This document shows, piece after piece, positions 25,844-39,463 of a DNA stretch of 64,000 bases; within the stretch, counting starts at the first letter, position 1, and each line of letters begins with the position of its first letter. The position numbers were made by a program, and so were the translations under genes. The stretch spans positions 126,480,001 through 126,544,000 of the forward strand of contig CM097886.1 of the NCBI GenBank assembly GCA_044892525.1, in the 5' to 3' direction. The stretch comes from Schmidtea polychroa. Lineage: Eukaryota. The notes below the pieces were generated by a model, which saw nothing but the letters and a program-made list of their open reading frames with translations, searched no databases and was not told the DNA's origin.

Positions 25844-26859
25844 ACTAGTTATAATATAAAAAATAAGATACTGATAATACAAATGATAATAGAAAAAATA
25901 ATATAAGTAATAACAAATTTTTAAAAACATATTAATAATAATAAAAATAATAAAATAAAAAAATATTCATCAGTATCACAAAAGATTGGGATATAATGAC
26001 TATTCCTAGTGAAAAACTTTAAAGAAATTTCATCGTGTGACAGAAAGAGGAAATTTTGCCAAGGAGAAAGCTGGGCAACAATGAATCCGGTCATCCGTTT
26101 CTGATTCGATAAATATTTGCATCAGAATTTTTATTTTCCATTGATATCGACAAATTTCGCTTTTAACTTCCCATTTTCAATTTTTTGTTAATTTGATGAT
26201 TAAAACAAAAAATTCAAAATGGATCAATAATTTCATCGATTTTACTGTGCAATTCGGAAACATCTCACTGGAAAGTCACATTAGAATCCGGTGATGAAAA
26301 ATGACATGATCTCGATATTTCAAAAATTTGAAATAAAATGACAAGTAAAACATTTCCTTTTTAGATGTGAATAAAATCAAGCATGGAATTCAATGTTCCA
26401 TGCCATGTTATTCCTGAATATTACAAGTTCCTCACTACCGGATGTGTTCGTTCTATGCATTTTATCAGCAAATTTTATAGCCGAAGAAATGTGACTTTGT
26501 GAAGAAGTCCAATAATAAAATGAAGAGCAACAAAATGGTAAACAAAAAGAATGAAATCGGACAAAAATTTTTGTTATTAAAATAAATTATTTGAAAAAAA
26601 ATTAAAATAAAAAATAAAATAAAATTTTGCAGCAGCTTTATTTGTTGAAATAACTGAGTTATTAAATAGTTTCGGCAGTTAAACAAGTACTTCTGAATTC
26701 ACGTGTTTTTCATAAATAATGAGACTCATCAAAATGGGTTTTTTGAAACTAAAACAATAACACGTTTCAATTATCAATAATTACAGTCAATTCAATCATT
26801 AGCCTGTTCTAAAAATATATCTGACTTACATTATAGCGAAATAATTCCAATTAATTTCA

Positions 26860-27110
26860 TAAAATTCTTAAAAAAATACCTGAAATTTAATTATCAAAAT
26901 TTATATTATAATTGCTGACTAAAAGTAATATTTAAGAACTTGAATAATCTCATAAATATATATAAAATCAAAATTCAAGTCTTAAAAGTTACTTAAAATT
27001 AAAAAAACTTACCTGAAACCGATTTTAAAAATTGAATAAATGAAGTTATAAATTTCATTTTTACGTAAATGGTGAGTCACCTACACTGGTGTGTACACCA
27101 ACGTTTATTA
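26860..27110 (+). repeat. Dispersed AT-rich repeat, continuing at 27832-27880; second copy at ~48600-48880
   Basis: Shared TGACTAAAAGTAA.ATTTAAGAACTTGAATAA and CACACCAACCAC.ACTATAG..AATGTATCTCAGTGGTGT. Confidence 0.75.
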
Positions 27111-27114
27111 TAGA

Positions 27115-27831
27115 CAGTGCAGATTTACGTATAGGCTACGCATAGCCTAGGGCCCTTGATTTTTTAGGACCCCAAAAAGTGTCCAGATGAGAAATTGTCA
27201 TGCCGACTTAAATATACTGCAGCATTATTTTTCCTACTGCCACATGTCTGAAACGTCCCATACTCTTCATCCAATTTTTTTAGTACGTCAATTCGAAGAA
27301 CAAAGGCAAAGCGCTATTGTGCCTAGGGTTTGTTTAGCCATAATTATGACAACCGAGATTACTGATAAATTTCAACAGCTTCTGAATTTAGAACAACAAT
27401 GACTCAAGATAAATTATGTTCCCTCAGTCTCATGTGTATAGAAAGTGACAAACTACGCAGTTTATCATTCGATGATGTCGTCAGTGACTTTGCTCAGGCA
27501 AAGGCAAGAAAGAAAATATTTTAGTTTAATATAATTCCTTAATTCTCAAAGCATGTTTCAAGAGATTAGATAATAAGCCTTTGTAAATTGATTTTTTTAA
27601 AAGATCTTTTGCTTCTTTTTATCAGAGTTTGCATTTTTAAGTTTGTTATGAATAAAAATGATTTTAAATTAAAAATTTATTATTTCACTATCTATACTTC
27701 TTAATTGTATTTCAGTTTATCCCTCTAGGTATCCGAAAATCATATTTGGCGCTGAGATATGATATCTGGTCTTATAAGGGGCCCCATATTTCAAATAGCC
27801 TAGGGCCTTATCAGATCTAAATCCGGCACTG
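27115..27831 (+). mobile_element. Non-autonomous hAT element retaining a ZMYM1-like transposase C-terminus
   Basis: TIRs CAGTGCAGATTTA / CAGTGCCGGATTTA, TAGCCTAGGGCC subterminals; RTTMTQDKLCSLSLMCIES...FAQAKARKKIF* at ~27390-27525. TSD not evident. Confidence 0.8.
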
Positions 27832-28050
27832 CACACCAACCACTACTATAGGAAATGTATCTCAGTGGTGTGCATAGGTGCACAAATCATGTTTCAACAT
27901 TTTTTCACATCATTAGACTCACAATAAGATACTTATTAAAATATAATAAAAAATATTTTATGACAAGATAAAGATGAAAAGCAGTCGGTTGAAACCAATT
28001 TGTTGTGGTAAAAACCTTAATTCTCCATTGATTGTAAACCATTAATAAAT

Positions 28051-31000
28051 AAATTAAGAGATATTATTAACGAATTAGGCTCAGTCAAAATTCAATTCGG
28101 AATAACAATCGAATTTGAAAAAGACGGGGAAATAAAAGTTAATAATATCTCTAATAACGCGAAACCATTATCTGCATCATTTTTTGACGAAGGTATTAGG
28201 GAATTAAACGAAAAAATCACTAGTATTACAGAGTTAGGAAGTAGTTGGATAGTAAAAAATATAACCGAAATCCATTTCACTATAACTAAAATAAGTAGGT
28301 TAAGTAAGTTAAGTGGTAGGAGTTTTATTGAAACACCAACTTATTTGAAAAATAAATATTGTTTAATTAATATATAAATACTGATGATTCATGTTTTCTA
28401 TATAGCATTTTAGCTATTTTAAAATATGATGAGATTAGTGGTTATGCCAGAAATAGGACATCGAGTTATGATTTATCCGACCTTGCATACGATTCGTCAG
28501 ATTTACCAATGAAACTAAAAGATATTAAGAAATTTGAAGCCAAAAATCCAGGTTTAATAATTAATGTTTTTACTTATGACAATAATAGACAATTGATCGA
28601 AAATTATGTATTAAAACATCCACATTTGGATATTATACACCGTTCCAAAGTTTTAAATGGAACTATAATTAATTTATTATTATTAAATAAAGGAAAAAAT
28701 TCCATTACATAGCTATAAGCAACTTAAATAGGTTAATGAATTGCCACATAAACACTAGTTGTCCTACACGAATACAATCATTTTGGTTCCAGCGGTGTTT
28801 GAACGGGTTTAGATAAAAACACGCGCTGGACAAACTTGAATATGTTGTAAAAAATATGTTGTGTAAAAGAAATCAGTTAGGAACGACGCCTTACACATTC
28901 CCTCAAAATAAATTATTACAGTTTACTGACTGGTCGAAAACAATAACTCCTCCATTTGTAGTTTATGCCGATTTTGAGGCTATTTTACCTTCCGACATTG
29001 TTCACTTCCAACGACACATGCCAATATCTGCTGGTCTTTTACTTGTTAATAACTTTGATGGATCTAAATCTTATCAACAGTTCATAGGTTTAGATTGCGT
29101 CGAAAGTTTTTAAGTGCTATAGAGGATATAGCATTAAATAAAGTTCTTCCTTTTTATTATAAAATGGGTAGGAAACCTATGGTGAAATTAACTAATATTG
29201 AACAACAGCAATTTAATAATGCAGAGAAATGTTACCTTTGCATGAAATGTATCGTCGATACTGTTAGAGATCACGATCATTTTACTGGGAAATACTTGGG
29301 TGCTGCTTGTAGCATATGCAACATAAATGGGAAAATTAATGAAATTTTGCCTATCGTATTTCACAACTTGAAAGGATACGATATGCACCATATCCTTAAA
29401 TATGGTTTAAATAAATTCAAGAATTGGACTTTAGGCTGTATCCCAATCACAACTGAAAAATTTATTTCGTTGATTGCATATTTAGGAAAAATTAGCTTAA
29501 GATTCATTGATTCTTATCAATTTGTTAATGATTCTTTAGCTAAAGCCGTCAAAACATTGAATACTTTACCTTTAACTAATTCTGTTTTTACTGGCACTAT
29601 AGTTTCTGAAAAAAGAATCTTTCCTTACAATTTCGCTACATCTTTAGATATTCTCCAAACTACTTATGAATTACCACCGATCTGGGAAGGTGTCACTGAA
29701 CTTGAGAATGAAAAAGCTCAGTAGATTTGGGTTGAAACTAATTGCGTAACTTTATTAGACTACATGATGATGTACTTAAAACTTGATTGTTTTCTTTTGG
29801 CTGATTTCTTCCAACAATTTTGTTTGAAATCTATTGCTCATAATAAATTAGAACCATTGAATTATTTCGGAATTCCCGATATGTCTTGGTCTTCTGCATT
29901 AATGTCTTTAGATGAATCAATTGAACTGATAACTGAAAACGAAATGTTTAGCTTTTATGAGGGTGGAATAAGAGGCGGTCTTACTTTTGTAAATAAAAAT
30001 TATGTAAAAACCGATGAAAACACCGAGTTACTTTATATAGATATTAATAATCTTTACGGTTGGGCTTTAAGTCAACCATTACCTCGTGGCGAATTTATTT
30101 GGGTTCTTGATGGATTTGATTCAATAATGGACGAATGTAGGAACTTAAATCTAGAAAATTTGTCTTAGGGATACACTCTTGAAGTGGATCTTGTAATTCC
30201 TTCTGAGCTTCATGATAAGTTGGACGATTTCCCTGTAGCTGCTGAAAAAATGAAACCTGTTGGGTCAAAGGTTGAAAAATTGTTATTAACTCATCTTCCA
30301 AAATCTAATTATGTGATTCATTGGAGATTATTAAAATTATATTTGGAACTTGGTGTTAAAGTAACACATGTAAATAAGGGTGTAAAATTTAAGCAATCTC
30401 CAATTTTTAAAAAATATATAGACACTAATACCGAATTAAGAAAAAAAAGTACAAATAGTTTAGACAAAAATTATTACAAATTGTTAAATAACAGTTTATA
30501 TGGTAAAACAGTAGAAAATTTAAAGAGAAGAATGAATCTTCGTCTTTGTACTACCCACGGTAAATTAGTTAAATATTCTTCAAAACCTTCTTTTAAAAAA
30601 TCCATTAAAATCGATGATAATTTAATTGCAGCTTTGTTAAATCCAGATTCTATATATTTAGATAGACCAAGTTACATTGGTCAATCTGTACTTGATCTAT
30701 CTAAATTTAGAATGTATGAATTACAATATAAAGATTTAGAAAGATATCGCAATGAGTTTAGATTAAATTAATATCGTTGCAGGTGATACGGACTCTTTTT
30801 TTCCTGGAAGTTATTAACTGCAAACTTGAGGTTCTTTTACCTGCAATGATCCGCTATAATTTATTAGATACTTCCAATTACGATACTTGTCATTCCTTAT
30901 ATAGTAAGAACCTTGATTCAGTCATTGGAAAGTTCAAAGACGAGAATAAAAGTCTTAAATATAAGGAATGGGTTTTTCTTAGACCTAAGTGTTATAGTTT

Positions 31001-31315
31001 GTTGGATGATGAGGAAACAAAAAGACTAAAGGTGTAACATTGAAAGGTAGTGACATAAAACATCAGTCATACCTGGATTGTTATAACACTAATCAAATTT
31101 TTTCGATTCCTCAAACAAAAATAACTAGCAAAAACCATCAAATTTATACAATTAAAAATAGTAAAATAGCTCTAACTAACGCAGATGACAAAAGAGTTTG
31201 GGTGGGGAAAAATACTAGTTTTGCATATGGCCATGTAAGATTAAGTCAATTAAATGTTGGAGAAGATGTTGGAGAAGTTGACATTGATGATGTTATTTTA
31301 TCAGATGAAGATTAA
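28051..31315 (+). pseudogene. polB: Polinton/Maverick-type protein-primed DNA polymerase B, near full length, multiple stops and frameshifts (copy 2)
   Basis: ExoI VVYADFE; inserted endonuclease VII-like finger CYLC..VRDHDHFTGKYLGAACSICN; ExoII FHNLKGYD; motif A DINNLYGWALSQPLP; motif B KLLNNSLYGKT; motif C AGDTDS; DDKR near the C-terminus. Confidence 0.93.
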
Positions 31316-31465
31316 TTGTATTAAATAAAAATTTAATATCTTTACTTTTGTTTTTTTATGTGTTTAGTTTTGTGTTTAGTTATGTGTCTAGTTATTTTTA
31401 TGTGTTTAGCGAATTTTTATGTGTTTAGTTATGCGTCTAGTTAATTTTTATGTATTTGGTTGATA

Positions 31466-31533
<68 letters not shown>
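31466..31533. repeat. (ATT)n microsatellite
   Basis: Direct observation. Confidence 0.97.
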
Positions 31534-31535
<2 letters not shown>

Positions 31536-31780
31536 CTATAAAAATTTCATTAAAATGTTGGGCTGGAACCGAGAATTGAGAGCTTGTTTTAATGAATCAA
31601 AAATATATAACAAAAAAATCGCACCAAGTTAAATAATCGCACCAAGTACATAACACATTGATGATAAATAAGACCGAGTAATAAAATAAAGGAACGCAAA
31701 AAAGGTCGCGATCACTAACACAGTTAGGAGAAATATCGCATTCGGAATAGCTAACAACAAAAAAATAAAATAATAATAAA

Positions 31781-31959
31781 ATAATGGATAATAAATTAAT
31801 TAATAATATGAAAAATTGTTAAATAAATAAATTTAAAATTTAAAATAAAATATCTATTAAACTGATAAAATAATGGATAATAAATTAATTAATAATATGA
31901 AAAATTGTTAAATAAATAAATTTAAAATTTAAAATAAAATATCTATTAAACTGATAAAA
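31781..31959 (+). repeat. Perfect 89-bp tandem duplication
   Basis: ATAATGGATAATAAATT...CTATTAAACTGATAAA at 31781 and 31870. Confidence 0.92.
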
Positions 31960-34900
31960 TGATAAAAGGTAGAATAAAAGTAGAAAAATTAGATGAATTA
32001 TAAAATTTATAAAACCAGATTGTTTAAATTAATGAAACTAAACTAAAGTTAACTAAACTTATCTAAATTATAAAAACTTGTAAAACTAAATTAAAATTAG
32101 CAAAAACTATTTAAATTATAGAATTATAAAAATAAATCTTAAAAATTAATAAAAAATAGAATTTTGATTAATTAAATGAAAAATAAACAATTGCACACAT
32201 TCACGCATGCATGCAAAAATTAATCAGAATTGCCTCGCATTCTAATTGGATATAGTAGCAGAGAATGCGTAGGCGTACAATTCAATCAGTATAAATACGG
32301 ATTGAAATTTCAGTTGTTCAACTTGTTAAACTAGTTTTCAGATTTACACCACAAATCGTTTTTCAGGTAGTGAACATATGCTCTCAATTTTCGATTTTTT
32401 GCCATCGTGGATTGGACTGGGTAATTTTATTTTAATATGAAATTTTTAATGTAATGTTTTAAGTTAAATAAATTTTATATTCAATTTAGTTTAGTTGTTT
32501 ACTTGTTTAATTTTCATTTAATTTTTAAGTTAGGGTAATAATTTTTATTGGGTTCAATTGTTAGGCTTATTATTTATGAAAAATAGTTACAGTGAAGCTG
32601 AGATCCAGTAGGCCACAGCTTAAGGGACACTGGTGGTTCCTAGTGCGAGTAGGTCAGCTGGTTTTTCAGATTCACACGGATTGATCGGGCCATAACGAGG
32701 AGGCTTCTCCCCTGGTCCGTCTCCGTAAGTATTTTCTAGTTGGAAATAGGTTTGATTTAGAAATACAGGCAGAAACCTGCGCAAATTTTTTGAAGAATAA
32801 TTTAAATATTATGGGAAGTGCGGATTAACTTGGAAATAAGGGCCAATCCCTGCTCAAATATTTTGAAGGATAATTTGGATATTATAGGAAGTATAGAACA
32901 ATAATTATTAGATGGAAAATAAAGGTGGATCCCTGCGCAAAATTTTATAAAAGAACAATTGGAAATACCCGTAATGAAGGACCACAAATGATCTAAAAAC
33001 ATCATACTTAGTGAATAATGACGTAAGACCTTCTATCGGCAGTCTAGAATCCGAAAAGAAAATACAATGAGGAGTAGTTTTAGCAATAGAGCCCACCTGC
33101 TCATTGTTTTTTCACCTTTGTGTACAGTACCAATATGGTCGTCGCCATGGGTACACAAATGGTTTAAATTGCAATAGTCATGGAGGTGCTTAGGAAAGAG
33201 TCGAACGATTATGATTACCCCTAACGTATTCTAAAATGTAAAATGACACACCCCTAAATAACCAACAAAAAGTTGACTTTGAAAATTATTCCATTAAAAT
33301 TTCCATTAAAAATTATCTTAAAAAAATTAATTCTTATTAATTTCATATTATTTCATTTTAAGGGTAATAGATCCTAAAAAAAAGCTCTGTGGGAACGGGA
33401 TATAGGCGACATCTGGAGTTTTGAGAAAACATATACAGCAAAATGCACACTGAACTCGTTAAGCCCCATCAAATATGCAGTAGAGGATTTGAGTGAAAAT
33501 CCCAACCAGCGAAGGGGTTCGAAAATTTACAACTTGCCACTGTATTTGCACCTTTTCTGGTAAGATAATTTGTCATTTTCTTTAATTTCACTTAGATTTT
33601 ATCTTTCTTTTCTTTCGTAGCTTCGCAAACGTTCACCAATTCTTTATTGCTTTATTCGACCAACTGGTAATTTATCTTTCAACATCTTTCTTTTTATACC
33701 CTGTTTTTCAAAACAATTTATTTGCTATTCAACAATTATTCCCTCACTTCGAGTCTAATTGCCTCAACAACAAGTAATTTTCTTGGCCCCGTCTTTGATG
33801 CTTTATCCAAACTTATTCTGATAATTTAATAATCTCTCGGGCTTCCCTCACTTTTCAGCTGTCTATAAGCATCGGGTTTTCCACAGTGCTCGGATTTCCC
33901 ACTAACTGATTAATTAATTTTAATTAATTTGTTTTTAAGTTTTATAACTTTTCCTGAAGATCTCTCACTAAATTTTTATTATTATTATTCCTGGGCTTGT
34001 CTCTTGATTTGGCGTTCAACCATACCCATTTCCCCTGATCAATATTATTTTTCAAATTTTATAAAATTTTAATTAATTTTGCACTTTTGTCAATTCGATA
34101 TTTTTCTGGATTTTATGTGTTTTTCCATTTTATTTTTGTGCTTTTATGTATTACCTCAACCCTATTAATATAATGTCGCTCGTTGCATCAAAATGGAGGC
34201 CAATGAGTTCTTACAGGCTATGTAGCGGCAGTTATCGGTTGACCCAACCTCACGTTATTCTGTCTAGATTTTTTACACAAAAACACATTATTTTATACCA
34301 TATTGTAAATTTCATTGCAAAGTAGTTTGATAACTATCTTATTTTTTTGCGAGTAACACGATCAAATTATATTGCAAATTTTATAATTGGATTTAGTTTT
34401 AGTATTAAAATCACTCCAAACCACAAATTTGATCTTATCAATATTATCAATTAATTAATTTGTATTTTATAAATAACATTGACTGGGGATCCTTTGTCGA
34501 TTAAAAATAATTATATTCGTAATTATTTTTTCATTTGGCACCTGTCAATATCTTTTTCTTACAGAAATTTCTGATTGTATTTTTAGAAGCTTTCTGCATA
34601 CACTTATACATACACTTATTTTTTCAGGTCATTTTACATTCATTTACATACATACATCTATTAATATTTCATTTAGTTTCATTACAACTATAAGGTGAGA
34701 TAATAATACTGTAAAATGAATAAAATATATAAGCAAGTCACTATGACCTAGATGTTTGATGACTGTTGCAGGAATGTTTGTGTGTGCAATGAAGTAAGGT
34801 AAGTATGATGGTCAATTCTTTTAAAATCCTGTGTGGATTTTTTTATTATGATACCTATTGTTACAATTTGTCTGTCAGTGTTGACCAGAAATTAGGTAAA

Positions 34901-35185
34901 AATCAACTTTTTCCATTCCTTTGCTTTTTTAATTAGATTATAATTTTTGGTGTTTAAAAATATATCTTTTGTTTCTCTTCGTGGTGTTTGATTTATTTTA
35001 AAAGCTGATTTTGAGCTGATATTGAAGTTTTGCTAAAATGGATAAGGAACAAATGGAAGTTTACCAAACGAAGTCATCTATTTTACAATCAGATGAATTT
35101 ATGGAATGAGAAGATGAAAATAATTTTTTTATTTAAAATATAATTTTTTATGAAATAGAAAATTTTGACGTTTTTCTTCACTGGA

Positions 35186-35568
35186 CAGTGGCGGAACTTC
35201 AAAATTTGGACCCCCCGCGCAATGTAAAATAATTCCACAATAATTGTTTTTACCAAAAACAAGTTAGATATTTATTTCATATATCAGAAAAATAATAAAA
35301 AAATGAAACTAAAACTTAATGGACCTTAAATATTAAAATCTTTCCTCCTTGCCTTCATATTGGCAAAAAAATTTTTCAGTTAAAGTTTAATACATAGTTA
35401 TTCACAGCAGCCGCTATTCAATGATAGTTTTATGTTTGTAGCAAATATAACTGCGGGAAAAAAGTTTCAGAAAATTATTGTAAATATTTTTTTAGTAATA
35501 ATTTTGGGCCCCCTATAGCCGGTGGGCCCCCGCAACGCAGGGTCCTGCGTCCACTAGTTACACCACTG
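35186..35568. mobile_element. hAT MITE (383 bp)
   Basis: TIRs CAGTGGCGGAACT / CAGTGGTGTAACT; perfect 8-bp TSD TCACTGGA. Confidence 0.93.
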
Positions 35569-36986
35569 TCACTGGAATACCGTAACGTTCTTAGATATTT
35601 TCTAAATCGATTCTTATCTTACAGGTAATTTTTAAAAATACTTATATTGACTCAATTCAATGTTACAATTAATTTCTAAACTAATTTAATCGTGTGTTTA
35701 CATTAAAAATCGTTTGTGCTGTGTTCATTTATTTTTCTTACTTGTTTGAAAAGCAATAATAAAACTTTTAATGAGGATTTTCAACCCATGTCAAATTTGA
35801 TGTGTGGCTTTTTGATTAAAATTATTATTTTTTTTGTTTTTCACCTGGAAAATTTCATAAAATTATTGAAAATATTAAGGATATTTAAAACAGAAGGCAA
35901 AAATAGAAACACACACACACAGATACACACAATCATATAATCACAGACAATCAATTGATTTATGCCAATAATCCTAATAATTAATGCCAGTTCTAATTGC
36001 TCCCAAAAATGTTATTGATTATTGGACTAGTGCTGGGCACCTCATTAGAATCCCTATGACAAATAGATCAGCTCATTTTGTAGAGAAATCTGGAAAGATT
36101 TCCCACAAGAAAAAAATCAATTTCGCTCGCAAATTACGAGTCGATGAGACGAAATAAAATTTCAATTGACCAGGTTGATTTTCTTTGATTTGTTATGTTT
36201 CTCAATTATTTGTTTTAATGTGAGTTTCTATGATTTTTTTATTCATTGCTTCATTTATACAGCGTTGTATTTCCAGTTGGGTGGTTCCAATGGTCGACAG
36301 TCAGGACCCTTTACCTTTGTTGATTATCTGTCATCATCTAATTGCTTAGAATCCTTGTTTGACATTTGCATCAGCACTGGATAGCACCCAAATTTAATTG
36401 CTTTTTTAAAACTATTGATCAATATATTGTTTTATGTTTAACACAAATTTTCGGTTATGCCGTTTTCAAACAAAATGAGTTTTAAAAATTTGTGCTAAAT
36501 ATACATGTTGGGGTTGTCGGTGAAATGTAAAATTAACAATTATTGACCTGACTTCAAAAAGTGGCTTATGTTGGTGCTTACGAAAAGAACAATAAAAAAT
36601 AAAAAGGAGAATTGAAGCTGTAGGTACAAGTATGTGTCTAGTGTGATCGCTAACTTCCGTAATTCGCCGTATGATTCGACTCTCCTCGATAATGTTGTCC
36701 CGATAATGTTCGAGTCAGAACACCTTCTGATTAGTTGCTTTTGTATGGCTTGGGGAGAGCTATGTTCCCTCAAGCCTGTCCATCTTTATCTTTAATAACG
36801 GATGTATTCCTGTTGTGCTCGGACAATCGAGTTCTTATCCGAAAATAAGAAACATGGCTTTAGCTGAAGATTGAGTTGAGACATTTGCTGTAATTATACT
36901 GAAAAGAACATGAAAAAGCAATCATAGTAGTGATAGAGGCAAAATTGCAGGGTGGTCCACTTGAAAAAAAATATATATGAGCAAAA

Positions 36987-37049
<63 letters not shown>
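36987..37049. repeat. (ATT)n microsatellite
   Basis: Direct observation. Confidence 0.97.
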
Positions 37050-37450
37050 GGGTTATTGAGTTGGTGATAAATTTAAATGTTACTCTGACTCCATGCGTGT
37101 CTTTAACCGATTCACAAATGACACTTGACAACAGAAATCTTTATTGGTAATCACAAATGATTTCCACTCTACACTGACAATAAATTCAACACACTGCTTG
37201 GTGACTATACAATGCTTATTACAACACTCGGTGAGGAATAGCAATTGTGTATAACACTGGATTAAAAGATTACAAATTAATGATTGGTTTGTCAACTGGG
37301 ACTTTGAACTGGTTGTTTTCTTTGACCTTCTTCACAAGTTTATTCAAATAATCAAGTAACTTCCTTTCGTTTAATTTTTCAACAAATTCTTTTATTCAAA
37401 TCTTCAAACAATTATTCTTCTCAACTATTTCTGTTTTAGCAAATGATTCA
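37046..37450 (-). mobile_element. 3' part of a TGTTGAGG-family LTR
   Basis: Reverse complement of ~40100-40435 (AAAGACACGC.TGGAGTCA, AAAGATTTCTGTTGTCAAGTG, CAATAACCCAA). Confidence 0.85.
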
Positions 37451-39463
37451 GTTTTGCTGTGGCGCTCTCAGAGAATTCATTGCAGGAAATTGCTCTAGAA
37501 GCGACTTGACAATGAAGCTGGGATATTATTAATTCTATCAATGATTGAGATTGAATAAATATTATTATAATGAGAATTTAGAAAATTTCTTTATGGGAGT
37601 GAAGGAAGGGGGGGTGGGACTATATGAATCCGAGCACTTCTCAAATTCGACTAGGCCATCATGATCTAATCAGATCAATTGATATGATCTTTGAAAATTC
37701 ATTGGAAATGTGGATAATTATCAGGATTAATCTGATATAAAAATAACTGCTAATGAGCTCGTTGATGTTATGGACACGGGACGTGACTATTCTTAATGAT
37801 CTGCGACTCACATCACTCCGGGACTGGAATGATTATGGAGTCAACTGAGAAAGGAAACATAATAAACAATATATAAAATTTATAAAATTAAACGCTAAGG
37901 AATGTCGAATTGTTAATAAATATGTATTGGTATGACAGAATCCCAAGCGCCGCAACAGATCTCGGGCAATAGGGAGAGCTATTACCGCTTGCTAGACCGT
38001 TACGAAGAAAAAAATATTTATTATATTTTATGAAGATAAATTTAATAAGTAAACTTAGTAAGTAAAGATCAGCTGCAGGAGGAAGACTTTTCGGCAGTAA
38101 GAAGAAAAAACGTTTGAGGCTAATGATTATTAAGAAAAACATTTATAACTCGACATAGAGAACCATTTCACCAAAATAGATAAATCCTTTCTAGATGAGG
38201 CTCATTCAATTATTCAAAGGAAACTCGATAACAGAAGAAACTGGAGAAAATTATTCGAAAACTAGCACGCTTGGAAACATTATGGCTGGGGATCATTCGT
38301 TCTCAACTGATTCTTTGATTTCTTTCTCATCTTTAGCACCTTTTTCTAAATTATATCACTAAGCTATTGTATGATTAACCTTAGGCCATAGATACTATTG
38401 ATGAATAGTCTAGATCCACAGTTGAATATCCTCCCTCGACATACATTATTCAGTCATGAAATCCGTAAAAGGATCCATTATTTGCCTATCAAACAATCAA
38501 GATCTCGCATTCGAGATGAAACCATTTCGTGATTGAAGGGGTAGGAAAAATCACTAGAAGTTCAGATCTCTGACAACCTTTATCAGAATTCATAAGCCAG
38601 AATTCACAATTCCCCATTTGTGAGGGAAATATGGAATGTCTTATCGCAATTTTATTGGTAAATTAAATTTTTATGATAAAGGGGGAGGATTTGGGCGGAT
38701 GATAAATGATAATCGCTTCCTAGATCGTATGAGGAAATGTCGAATGGAAAAATGGGGAGGCTGGACAAAATCAATAAGTCTGCTGTGGCAAAAAATTCAA
38801 TGTTTGATAAGATAATATTTTTGAGTGATTGGCATTGGGAAATAATTCTCCGTTTCACATGCATAGGGAGCTCGGATCACAGGATAGGATTAGGGAGCCC
38901 GCCTGGTCGAGTAATCCTTTCCATAATTAATGAGNNNNNNNNNNNNNNNNNNNNNNNNNNNNNNNNNNNNNNNNNNNNNNNNNNNNNNNNNNNNNNNNNN
39001 NNNNNNNNNNNNNNNNNNNNNNNNNNNNNNNNNNNNNNNNNNNNNNNNNNNNNNNNNNNNNNNNNNNNNNNNNNNNNNNNNNNNNNNNNNNNNNNNNNNN
39101 NNNNNNNNNNNNNNNNAGATAATGAATAAGAATAAGCTCTATAAATAGAAGGAAATCGTGTGAAAATCTTAATTGAATAAACTAACTATTTCCGGTGCTC
39201 GAGAAAGAATCCATTTGGTTCATTAAAATAACAGTAGAGGGCCAATTGAAACTTTTTATCGAATGCACCTAAAAAGGAAGGGTAATAAAGTATTGTCAAT
39301 CCTCGAAGAAAAGAAATCCTAAAATTATTTGTAAAATTATTCAGATGAATGAGATAAATTTATTTGATGAATGTCAATGCAGTAGGACAACTCATCGATA
39401 GAAATATACCAAAACTGTTGGATCGTCCGTTTATACCATATGATTGATCATGAATTTAAGAAG

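Noticed and set aside
17822-31632. Poly-Tyr, poly-Ile and poly-Leu ORFs (17822, 25198, 31450; also antisense 751-1032)
   Set aside because: Translations of (ATT)n or (AGC)n microsatellites, or the antisense of the GPCR.
33500-34165. Possible further minus-strand LTR (starts GGGTTGAGGTAAT, purine-rich)
   Set aside because: No TG...CA pair or TSD, and similarity to the TGTTGAGG family is limited to a few bases.
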